NCBI RefSeq assembly: GCF_004103825.1
Contig: NZ_RYFI01000018.1
Coordinates: forward strand, 9,816-41,815
Reading direction: 5' to 3'
Length of the DNA: 32,000 nucleotides
DNA from: Hansschlegelia zhihuaiae
GTDB lineage: Bacteria; Pseudomonadota; Alphaproteobacteria; Rhizobiales; Methylopilaceae
The position numbers and the translations under genes were made by a program. Below the pieces are notes generated by a model, which searched no databases, was not told the DNA's origin, and saw nothing but the letters and a program-made list of their open reading frames with translations. Below are positions 1 to 6,841 of the stretch, in pieces (position 1 is the stretch's first letter; each line of letters begins with the position of its first letter).

Positions 1-185
1 TATCCGCCTCACCTCACGAGCCGCACGCCGGCGTTCAGCTCGCGATAACCAGCGCACGGCGCTGAACAGTTCGGCCGCCGGCTCCCGCCGCGCCCGAGCC
101 CGCACCCTCTCGACGTCGTCGCCCCCGCGTCGAGCCAACGTTTCGTCACGTCGTGCCAGACGAGGTTACAGTCACATTGGTCATA

Positions 186-209
186 GAGGCGGGGCCGAAG
201 CCCCGCCTC
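186..209 (-). terminator. GC-rich hairpin (10-bp perfect stem, UUCG loop on the minus-strand RNA), 12 nt after the stop of the 222-425 gene. No U-tract.
   Basis: GAGGCGGGGC-cgaa-GCCCCGCCTC read directly. Lack of a U-run makes an intrinsic-terminator call tentative. Confidence 0.35.
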
Positions 210-221
210 CCTGTCGGCGGC

Positions 222-425
222 TCAGGTCGCCGCCGGGATCGCCGCGAACCGGTGGCCCGTCTTGATCTCGCTGATCCGTCCGGGGTTCACGTCGTAGTCG
301 GCCGCGATCCGGTTCAAGAACTCACCCAGGCGGATGCGCTTCTTGATGGTCGGAACGTCTTCCGGCTTGATGCGGCGTGACGGCATGCGGAGCCCGGCCG
401 CGCCGGGCTTCTTTGAGCTGGTCAT
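222..425 (-). CDS. Small (67 aa) basic protein, possible helix-turn-helix DNA-binding protein; function unknown.
   Basis: Internal ATG (425-423) of ORF 222-617. The upstream part of that ORF is not protein-like. The C-terminal segment GEFLNRIAADYDVNPGRISEIKTG resembles an HTH. TGA stop at 222-224. Confidence 0.5.
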   Translation of the reverse strand: MTSSKKPGAAGLRMPSRRIKPEDVPTIKKRIRLGEFLNRIAADYDVNPGRISEIKTGHRFAAIPAAT

Positions 426-562
426 AAATGCTCTCCATACGACCAGTTGACAGGCAGTCGCCTTGATCGCGAGAGCGAACAGCGCTACGAATGTAGCATC
501 GGAGTTTGCTCTCATCCGTCCTGCAGCGACCACGAGTTTCGCAGGACCCGCTCCGATCCAAA

Positions 563-599
563 CGGCCTGAGGATTGCAGCCTCGGGCCGTTTTTCTTTT
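563..599 (+). terminator. Canonical rho-independent terminator on the plus strand with no plus-strand CDS upstream (orphan).
   Basis: 10-bp stem CGGCCTGAGG / CCTCGGGCCG (one G-U pair), 7-nt loop, followed by TTTTTCTTTT (590-599). Confidence 0.65.
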
Positions 600-898
600 C
601 GGCGCGGTCAACTTCAAAGCCTAGAGCGAGTCTTTCTCAGCCGTCGAGTCTGGAATCCCCCTATCCACGGACTGACCGCTATCCCTCGTGGAAACAACGA
701 CCTTTCGCCCACTAAATTTAGTTTCAAAGAACGCGTGAATCAAAGGTTGACGATGGTGAGGGCCGCCGCGAGACAAGCGGCTCTATAGCGGCCGGACGTC
801 CGCCGTCCGCATGTATTCTCGCCACCCGTTGAATGATCGCGGCGAATTGGACGCCGTCCGCGCTAAGGCGGCGCGCGCCTCGCCGCCGGACGCTGCGC

Positions 899-1531
899 TC
901 AGGCGCCCTGGAGCTTCAGCCGCTCGCCTATGACGTCGGGCCATCTGTGCGGCACGTGGTACACAGGCGGGCCCTCGGCGCTGACGATCGCGTGCATGAC
1001 GAAGCCCCCGATCTGCGTTCCGAGGCTCGCCGCCGGCGCGCGCCGCGCTTTCTCCATGGCCGCGACGCCGTCGGCGACGGTGAACGTCGCCAGGTCGGCG
1101 GGCATGTCCCCGACGTCCCCGGTCGTGAAGCACGCGACCTCATAGACCTCGCCGGCCGTCGCGCCGGGCAAGAGATCATGCATGGCGCGATAGAGCAGCA
1201 TCGGCGCGCCCCGCCTCGTCGACCAGCCCGCGATCAGCAGCTCGGTCGGCTGCCGCAGGAAGGGCTGCATGGCGGCGTCGTAGATCTCGAGGACCGCCGG
1301 CAGCCGATCGACGAAACTGTCGAAATCCGGCGCGCCCACGGCACTGCAGGCCGCCATGAACGCCCCGAAGCTCTCGCCGGCTCCGCGCGCGGTGAACACC
1401 GCATTGACGTCGGGCACCCGCAGGATCTTCTCCGCGACGGCCTTCAGGCGGTCCGAGCCCGGCGGGAAGACCGCGGCGTCGGCCAACAGGTGAACGCGGT
1501 CGGCCTGGACGACGCCGATCATCGCGCTCAT
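899..1531 (-). CDS. Hypothetical protein, 210 aa; candidate proteasome-beta/HslV-like Ntn hydrolase with an N-terminal Ser.
   Basis: Very high third-position GC and a clean ORF. Its ATG overlaps the upstream gene's stop (ATGA at 1531-1528). By-eye motif match to the T1 family: M-SAMIGVV..LLAD(18)AA..AEK(35)ILRV..FTARGAGESF; ELLIAGWSTRRGAPMLLY; IGGFVMHAIVSAEG. Confidence 0.8.
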   Translation of the reverse strand: MSAMIGVVQADRVHLLADAAVFPPGSDRLKAVAEKILRVPDVNAVFTARGAGESFGAFMAACSAVGAPDFDSFVDRLPAVLEIYDAAMQPFLRQPTELLIAGWSTRRGAPMLLYRAMHDLLPGATAGEVYEVACFTTGDVGDMPADLATFTVADGVAAMEKARRAPAASLGTQIGGFVMHAIVSAEGPPVYHVPHRWPDVIGERLKLQGA

Positions 1532-1698
1532 TTGCGCGGGGCCTCGAGGAGCACGACCGGCGCGACCATGGCGCCCAGCGCCTCGCCGGTCGGTCGAAGG
1601 ACCACCGGCGTCAGCGCGCCCGACGCGAAGAGCGCCCCGATCGTCGTGCTGACGCCGGCGAACCCGGCTGTGATCAGCGGCGCAACCAATGCCGGCAT
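1528..1698 (-). CDS. Small hydrophobic Gly/Ala-rich protein, 56 aa, probably membrane-associated.
   Basis: ATG at 1698-1696 is preceded by AAGGAG with 9-nt spacing. The ORF-track start at 1716 is a TTG inside that RBS region. Sequence begins MPALVAPLITAGFAGVSTTIGALFASGAL. Stop overlaps the start of the 899-1531 gene. Confidence 0.6.
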   Translation of the reverse strand: MPALVAPLITAGFAGVSTTIGALFASGALTPVVLRPTGEALGAMVAPVVLLEAPRK

Positions 1699-1747
1699 CT
1701 CTGCTTTCTCCTTCAAAAGGCGGCGCTTCGCCTGCAGGCGGGCTCGC

Positions 1748-2272
1748 TCAGCCCATGTGAAAATTGTCCGTGCATTCGATCGGGGCAGTCGCGGGAACGG
1801 ACGGATCTGCCGCGACCGTCGCGGTGAGCCACCACCGCGCCGGGGTCACCAAATCCGCGCCCGCCGCCAGGTCGCCCGCGAAGCGTATCGTCTCGCCCCG
1901 CCCCATCGACCGGGTCCATACGATCGCCGATTCTTCGAACGCTCCGAAGCCCGCGGCGCGATGCAGCCTCAGCGTCACGGCCGCACCGCTCGGCGACGGA
2001 CCGACCACGAACCCCGTCACGTCGAAAAATATTCCGAAGGTCCGATCGCCGGCGAGCGCGACGTGACATCCCCGCCTCAAGTAAAGTGTATTCTGGGGAG
2101 AGCTGGACGGCGGCAGCGTCGTGTCGAACCACGAGTGACCGGAGGCCGCAGCATCGCCATAGCTGATGCATAGCCTCCTCGGGTCGAGCGGGACGACTGG
2201 CTCGATCGGCATCTCGTCACCAATTTTGCCTCCGATATACGCCATTGGTTCGGACCGTTCCTCCCCCGTCAT
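1748..2272 (-). CDS. Hypothetical protein, 174 aa (alternative start at 2245 gives 165 aa); no recognisable family.
   Basis: Protein-like composition in the same orientation as its neighbours. Separated from the capsid gene by 142 bp that contain two GC hairpins. Confidence 0.6.
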   Translation of the reverse strand: MTGEERSEPMAYIGGKIGDEMPIEPVVPLDPRRLCISYGDAAASGHSWFDTTLPPSSSPQNTLYLRRGCHVALAGDRTFGIFFDVTGFVVGPSPSGAAVTLRLHRAAGFGAFEESAIVWTRSMGRGETIRFAGDLAAGADLVTPARWWLTATVAADPSVPATAPIECTDNFHMG

Positions 2273-2386
2273 CGCCTAATCGGCCCCGCCGGACCAGCGT
2301 CGCTGAAGTCGCCGGCCGCGCGCCCTCTGTTGGAAGGGCGCCGCCGGCTGTCGGGGTTGTTGCGGACACTCGCCGACTTGTCCGGC

Positions 2387-2406
2387 GGACGCGCCGAAGC
2401 GCGCCC
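2387..2406 (-). terminator. Post-capsid GC hairpin (8-bp stem including one G-U, UUCG loop on the minus-strand RNA). A second 7-bp hairpin lies at 2320-2341.
   Basis: GGGCGCGC-UUCG-GCGCGUCC on the minus strand, 8 nt after the capsid stop. No U-tract, so it may be a stabiliser or attenuator rather than a terminator. Confidence 0.35.
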
Positions 2407-2414
2407 GCAAGCCC

Positions 2415-3692
2415 TCACGCCGCGGGAAGGGCTTTGAGAACCTTGATGGCGTTGGTGTCGTAGGGCGATCCGCCGACCCGCTTGGTGCAGTAGAACAGCA
2501 CGTAGCCCTTGCGGGTGTACGGGTCGCGCAGCACCCGCATGTCGATCCGGTCGACGATGAGATAGCCGCGGTTGAAGTCGCCGAAGGCGATCGGGAATGT
2601 CCCGTTCGCGACGTCCGGCATGTTCTCGTCGATCTCGACCGGATAGCCCAGCAGCGTGGAGGGCTGGCTGCGCTCGACGCTCTGCCGCCACACGTAGTTG
2701 CCGTCCGCGTCCTTGATCTTGCTGATGATCCCGGCCGTTTTCGAGTTCATCAGCCAGGTCGCGTTGGCCCTGTACCCGGCCTTGAGCGTATAGACGAGGT
2801 CGATCAACTGATCGCACGAGGTCGGCTTGCCCGTTTCCGTGTCCAACTGCAGGGAGACGAATTCGATCTTGCCCCACGCTCGAACGTCGTCGCTCTCCGC
2901 GACCAGAGGCACGCTCAGGAAGCCGAGCGGCTTCGACACGCCGTCGCCTGTGATGAACGCGGCGTTCTCCTTCTCGTTGAAGGTGATCCGCACATCCTCC
3001 TGGAGCACGTTGAGGACGTCGAACGCCGAGTCGTCGAGCAGCTGCTGCGTCACAGCCGGCTGCGCGTACACTTCATTGGTCGGGACGGAGAGCATCCCCC
3101 ACTTCGGGGCGTCGGTCTCCGGACGGTCGTCATGCTCGGTCACCCAGCCGGCCGACAGCCCGCCCTTGTTGACCGGGATCTTGAACTCCGCAGCCCTGGA
3201 CGTCGCGAGGCGCGAGATCCGGCGCATCGCGCTGCCGTTGCGCAGGAACGTCATGATCTCGCGCGCCACCTCCTCGGGCACGAGATAGCCGCCGTCGACC
3301 TCGCTGCTGACCTGCAGCGGCGCGGCGAACTCGCTGTCCGCCACGGCCGTGAGGGCGCGGTGGTCCCCCGTCCGCATGAAGGCGAGCATCACCCCGCGAT
3401 CGCGATCAAGGCGCCCCGCCCGATCCTCGTCAGTCGCCATCTGCGAGAGCGCCACAGGCCGGCCATCGACGATACGCATCGGTCCCTGACGCCGGCCGAC
3501 GCCAGGGATCACCCGCCGGTCGCGCTCGTCGAGCTGGCGGCGAAGGTCGTCGATCGTGTCATTCGCTCGGCCGAGCGCCTCGGTCGTCGCCTGCGTGTTC
3601 TCCTCGAACGCGGCGGCCAGTTCCTCGAAAGAGCCGCTGCCGGCCAGCGGAGTGGCAGCGAAGGTCACGCGCGGAAGGGAAGTCGAAGTCAT
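2415..3692 (-). CDS. Phage major capsid protein, HK97 family (425 aa).
   Basis: N-terminal coiled-coil delta-like region (EELAAAFEENTQATTEALGRANDTIDDLRRQLDERD) followed by a typical HK97-fold body (GGYLVPEE.., ..FITGDG.., ..AFGDF..GY.I.DR). ATG at 3692 is preceded by AAGGAG at 8 nt and overlaps the protease stop (ATGA). Confidence 0.9.
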   Translation of the reverse strand: MTSTSLPRVTFAATPLAGSGSFEELAAAFEENTQATTEALGRANDTIDDLRRQLDERDRRVIPGVGRRQGPMRIVDGRPVALSQMATDEDRAGRLDRDRGVMLAFMRTGDHRALTAVADSEFAAPLQVSSEVDGGYLVPEEVAREIMTFLRNGSAMRRISRLATSRAAEFKIPVNKGGLSAGWVTEHDDRPETDAPKWGMLSVPTNEVYAQPAVTQQLLDDSAFDVLNVLQEDVRITFNEKENAAFITGDGVSKPLGFLSVPLVAESDDVRAWGKIEFVSLQLDTETGKPTSCDQLIDLVYTLKAGYRANATWLMNSKTAGIISKIKDADGNYVWRQSVERSQPSTLLGYPVEIDENMPDVANGTFPIAFGDFNRGYLIVDRIDMRVLRDPYTRKGYVLFYCTKRVGGSPYDTNAIKVLKALPAA

Positions 3693-4390
3693 CGGGAATG
3701 CTCCTTCATGGCGGCCGTGGCCGCGCGGACGCGAGCGGCGAGTGCTTTCGCGCGAGCCGCCTGGTCGGACAGAGGGGATCGGCGCGCATCGACCGCCGGC
3801 CATCCGCCGGCGGCGAGCTGCGTCGCCATGGTTTTCGAGAAGCCGACGCCGCGCAGCATCCGGTTGAAGTCGCGCTGCGTCGCGACGCTGGAAGCCGAGA
3901 GCAGCTGAGCCCTCGGGTCGGCCCCGACGGGGACCAGCGACACCTCGTGAAGGTCGATTTCAAGGACCGTCGCCGACTTCACGGCGTCCCGATTGTGACG
4001 CACGTCACGGGTCTGGAAGCCGATCGACAGGCCCGTGATGTCGCGAGCCTCGATCTGCTCGAACACCTCGGAACCCCAACGCGACTTGAGATTGATCTGG
4101 CCGGCAAGCCTCAGACCGTAGGAGTCGACGCTCATCTCGCTCCAGCGGCCGACGACGCGGTCGCTCTGATGGCCCAGCAACATCGCGGGCATCGTTCCGC
4201 GCTCCCGATGCTCCCGGATGGTCGCGTCGAGGGCGTGGGGGTCGATGATGAGATTGGCGCGGTTCGGGCTGGGCGTGAACGTCACCCCGTAGCCCGAGAT
4301 TCTGCCGTCTCGCGGCTTGGTCGCGCTGACGTCGAGCGCGAGGACCGGCCCGACGTGAAGTCCTGAGAAATCGAGTTGCTGATCGCTCAT
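3689..4390 (-). CDS. Phage prohead (head maturation) protease, HK97 family (233 aa).
   Basis: ISGYGVTF.., MLLGHQSDRVVG, GLSIGF, LHEVSLVPVGADPRA motifs. ATG at 4390 is preceded by AAGGTGG. Lies directly upstream of the capsid gene. Confidence 0.85.
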   Translation of the reverse strand: MSDQQLDFSGLHVGPVLALDVSATKPRDGRISGYGVTFTPSPNRANLIIDPHALDATIREHRERGTMPAMLLGHQSDRVVGRWSEMSVDSYGLRLAGQINLKSRWGSEVFEQIEARDITGLSIGFQTRDVRHNRDAVKSATVLEIDLHEVSLVPVGADPRAQLLSASSVATQRDFNRMLRGVGFSKTMATQLAAGGWPAVDARRSPLSDQAARAKALAARVRAATAAMKEHSR

Positions 4391-4926
4391 CGGCCACCTT
4401 TGGCGAAGCAAAACCCAGCGGGCGGCATGATGGCCGCCACGTAGAGCCTTGACCGAGCATCCCGCCCGCGCCGAAGGAGCCTCGAACCGCGCGCCCCAGC
4501 ATCCCGCCGGCGGCGCTCCTCAGTTCGATGAGCAGGTGAAGCGTAAGTCCGTCTCGAGTGATTTGACAAGAGGCCTCGTCGGCCTCCCGAAACCCTTGAC
4601 CCCGCAGCCCCACTCGTCAGCAGGTCGCCGCCGGGGGCGGGTTCGGTTCGTTCGATGGCCAGAGATTCACCGGCGAAGCGACCCGCGGCCTGGTGAGCAA
4701 GCACATCGTTCGCGACAGAAACGATGTCCGGCCGGCGAGCGCCGGCGGCCTCGACGCGTCGCCCGACGCACGGTCTCTCCCGTGCGCCAAGGTGGCCTAA
4801 GACTATGATCGATAAAAAAAATCTCGCGCTGAGTTTCGCGGCGGTTTTCGTTGCATTGACCCACCGGTCCGGGGCTGAAGGGTCCGAACTTTTGACCCGC
4901 CCCCCGCGGGGGCGGCCACCGACCTT

Positions 4927-5194
4927 GCGAGGGTTGCGAGGGTTCGCGAGGGTTCCCGTCAAACCCTCGCGGCCGAAATTCATATTATATATTAGATACT
5001 TATAAACATCTTGCGAGGGTTGCGAGGGTTTATAGACATGCACATAAGAGATTTCAGAAGTCATCCGCCTCTCCAATCGCTGTGTACGCGTGGGTGCGTA
5101 AACCCTCGCAACCCTCGCAAGCTCCTCAATCCTGAGGCCAGAACCCTCGCGCAAACCCTCGCCGAACCCTCGCAACCCTCGTCGCGCGAGGGTT
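4927..5194. repeat. Iteron-like array of the 9-mer GCGAGGGTT / AACCCTCGC.
   Basis: Forward copies at 4927, 4936, 4946, 5013, 5022 and 5186. Reverse copies at 4962, 5101, 5110, 5142, 5154, 5165 and 5174 (the last with 1 mismatch). One outlying reverse copy at 5440-5448. All counted directly from the sequence. Confidence 0.9.
4976..5012. other. Extremely AT-rich block (5 G/C in 37 nt) flanked by the iterons; candidate DNA-unwinding element.
   Basis: aaattcatattatatattagatacttataaacatctt, set in otherwise very GC-rich DNA. Confidence 0.5.
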
Positions 5195-5406
5195 GCGAGT
5201 ACGGGGAACTATTCATGGTGGGTTGCGGGTTGGCGGGGCGGCGGACCTGGAAACTGTCGGCCGACCCGATGAGGCAATGCCTGGTCGCGGCGCGCGGTGG
5301 CAGGCTCCGCGGTCCTTACCGGCCGCCAGGACGATCAGCCGAATCGGACATTTCAGCGAACGCCCAATAGCTGTGTCCCTAACGCCGGGAGGCGAAAGCC
5401 TGCCCC

Positions 5407-5439
5407 GCACCCCGCGGCCTTGAGAGGGCCGCGGGGTGC
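5407..5439. other. Perfect 13-bp stem / 7-nt loop hairpin, immediately followed by an iteron copy.
   Basis: GCACCCCGCGGCC-ttgagag-GGCCGCGGGGTGC. No U-tract on either strand. Confidence 0.6.
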
Positions 5440-5612
5440 AACCCTCGCGGCCAAACCCGTATCGATCGAAGGGAGAGGTCAGCAACATTCACGCGGCCCC
5501 TTTGAGGGTGCATCGCGTTTTGCAGTCGGCTTCAGAGAGCGTTGATCTTCTAAGGCGTCAGTTCTTGGCGTTTGTCAGAAGAACGCCTGATTTCCCAAAG
5601 GCCTAGTCGAAA

Positions 5613-5657
5613 CTACGAATCTGGGGGTCAGAGGTTCGAATCCTTTCGGGCGCGCCA
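5613..5657 (+). tRNA. Partial tRNA-Arg(ACG): anticodon loop through 3' CCA only, with no 5' half. Probable attR core of the integrated element.
   Basis: CTACGAA anticodon loop, GGGTC variable loop, T-arm AGAGG-TTCGAAT-CCTTT, acceptor 3' strand CGGGCGC, discriminator G, CCA. The 35 nt upstream cannot form the acceptor, D-arm or anticodon 5' strands. Confidence 0.7.
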
Positions 5658-5854
5658 GAATTGCCTCCGGTTCGAACAAGACCGCGTATTTGGGCGCTTC
5701 GCGAGAGCCCCAAGGCCGACTTGGGCTCGGGCGAACTCGAAAGATCGACTCAGCTCTGCGGTTTGAACCGAGGACGACGACGATCCGTAGCGGATCGAAG
5801 CCGTCCGCCACGCCGAGCGCCCACCTTTTCAGCCCGCAAGGCTCTTGCGGCGGG

Positions 5855-6841
5855 TCACCTCCGGGCGTCGGCGAGCGCGCGATATTCGCCGACCTGCCAG
5901 AGCAGGATCGCCGGAACGCCGATCGCCAGGTCGCGGCCGCGCTTCAGCAGCGAGAGCGCCACGGCGGTCGCCGGCGGCAGGCCGAACAGCGGCCCGATCA
6001 GCACATAGGCGGCCTCCTGGATGCCGATCGCGCCGGGCACCGCGAAGGCGACGCTGCGCAGCGTGAAGATCAGCGCTTCGATCGTCATCACCCCCCAGAA
6101 CGGCGTGTCCGCGCCCATGAAGACGAGCGCGATCCACGCTCCGGCGGCGCTCGCGATCCACGCCAGGAGATTGAAGACGAAGGCGGCGAGGACGCGGCGG
6201 GGTCGTCGATAGACGGCGTCGAGCTGTTCACGCACCGCCGTCATGACCGCCTCCGATCCCGGCAGCAGTCTCGCGCCGAGCGCGCCGGCGAGCTGGAGCA
6301 TCGGGCGCTGGGCGAAGGCGAACGACGCCGCGAGCGCCGCGAGCGCCGCCAATCCGCCGGCGGCCATGGGAGCGATGTTCGCCTGAACGGCGCTGTCCGT
6401 CACCACCAGCAGCAGCAGCGCCGCGACGCCCGCCAGACTGAACAGCAGTTGCGAGGCCATCTCGGTCGTCAGGTCCACGATCATCGAGGCGTAGATGACC
6501 CGGTCGGAAATGCCGCGCGCCGCGAGCGTGCGGACCCCAACCGCGATCCCGCCGAGGTGCGAGAACGGCAGCACATCGGTCGCGGCCTCGCGCGCCGTGC
6601 GCGCCCAGACGAAGAGCGGCAGGCGCGCAAGCGGCTCGTCCGGCGCGACGACGAGCCACGCCATGCCGAGCAGCGTCAGAACGCCTCCCGACCAGAGGAT
6701 GAACACCACCATGCCGATCCAGCCGATCGACGCCATCGCGTCGAGCACTTGCCGGCCCCCGACCGCGCCGATCGTCCAGGCGGCGATCGCGAAGCCGATC
6801 ACGGTCGCAAGCAGCAGCAGGGCGCGGCCGTATCGCCTCAC
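5855..6841 (-). CDS. hpnL: Hopanoid-associated integral membrane protein HpnL (LPG-synthase-TM/UPF0104-like), 328 aa.
   Basis: Polytopic membrane protein at the end of the hpnI-J-K operon. GTG start at 6841 overlaps the hpnK stop (GTGA). The Arg-rich N-terminal extension of ORF 5855-7126 is rejected. Confidence 0.75.
   Translation of the reverse strand: MRRYGRALLLLATVIGFAIAAWTIGAVGGRQVLDAMASIGWIGMVVFILWSGGVLTLLGMAWLVVAPDEPLARLPLFVWARTAREAATDVLPFSHLGGIAVGVRTLAARGISDRVIYASMIVDLTTEMASQLLFSLAGVAALLLLVVTDSAVQANIAPMAAGGLAALAALAASFAFAQRPMLQLAGALGARLLPGSEAVMTAVREQLDAVYRRPRRVLAAFVFNLLAWIASAAGAWIALVFMGADTPFWGVMTIEALIFTLRSVAFAVPGAIGIQEAAYVLIGPLFGLPPATAVALSLLKRGRDLAIGVPAILLWQVGEYRALADARR

Larger units (their letters stand above)
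1..5657. mobile_element. Right end of a phage-derived integrated element (prophage or satellite remnant). Left boundary lies outside the window; right boundary is the tRNA-Arg 3' fragment.
   Basis: HK97-type protease and capsid genes, unknown accessory genes, a long non-coding iteron/AT-rich region, and a displaced tRNA 3' half at 5613-5657. Conserved host genes (hpn cluster) start immediately to the right. Confidence 0.7.

Noticed and set aside
1-138. Possible minus-strand ORF starting at the TTG at 138-136 and running off the left edge (..TLARRGGDDVERVRARARREPAAELFSAVRWLSRAERRRAAREVRR..).
   Set aside because: It is too short and too Arg-rich, with only moderate third-position GC. It cannot be distinguished from non-coding sequence without the flanking DNA.
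153-380. 75-aa plus-strand ORF antisense to the small 222-425 gene.
   Set aside because: No RBS, poor composition, and fully antisense to the more protein-like minus-strand reading.
833-2173. Long plus-strand ORF (446 aa) antisense to the three-gene cassette. Similar very long ORFs occur elsewhere: 12915-16133 (minus, 1072 aa), 5690-6928, 7830-9554, 13661-15493, 15518-16903 upstream part, 20055-21542 and 22059-23255.
   Set aside because: The translations are Arg/Gly/Pro/Ala-rich, low-complexity and family-less. They lie antisense or out of frame to genes with clear homology-type motifs. This is the expected stop-codon-poor artefact of high-GC DNA.
3693-3803. N-terminal extensions in the ORF track. 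These include capsid to 3803, protease to 4411, hpnL to 7126, hpnJ to 9164, hpnD from 11695 and hpnE from 12384. Also hpnG from 15518, hpnH to 18097, ispH to 19065, hpnN to 22189, LytTR to 25309, gspH to 30898 and gspG to 31241.
   Set aside because: The extensions are Arg-rich or overlap the preceding gene. Internal starts with RBSs or 4-nt start/stop overlaps reproduce the conserved N-termini of each family.
4387-5175. 262-aa minus-strand ORF, and several 60-120-aa ORFs on both strands, covering the 4391-5612 region.
   Set aside because: They run straight through the 9-mer repeat array and the AT-rich block, which produces the repeated LRGLRGF-type peptides. They have no RBS and no protein-like composition, so the region is treated as non-coding.
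4927-5194. CRISPR array.
   Set aside because: The repeat unit is only 9 nt, copies are often directly abutting or inverted, and there are no uniform spacers.
5581-5657. A complete 77-nt tRNA ending at the CCA at 5655-5657.
   Set aside because: The required 5' acceptor strand (GCGCCCG) and the 5' anticodon-stem strand (CCAGA) are absent, and no D-arm can be drawn. Only the 3' 45 nt are tRNA-like.
5669-5677. Second GGTTCGAAC T-loop-like motif just after the tRNA fragment.
   Set aside because: No flanking T-stem or acceptor pairing; most likely chance.
5834-5850. 7-bp hairpin (CCGCAAG-gct-CTTGCGG) just after the hpnL stop, considered as a terminator.
   Set aside because: No U-tract follows on the minus strand (GCUGAAAAGG), and the T-run lies on the wrong side. 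Too weak to call.
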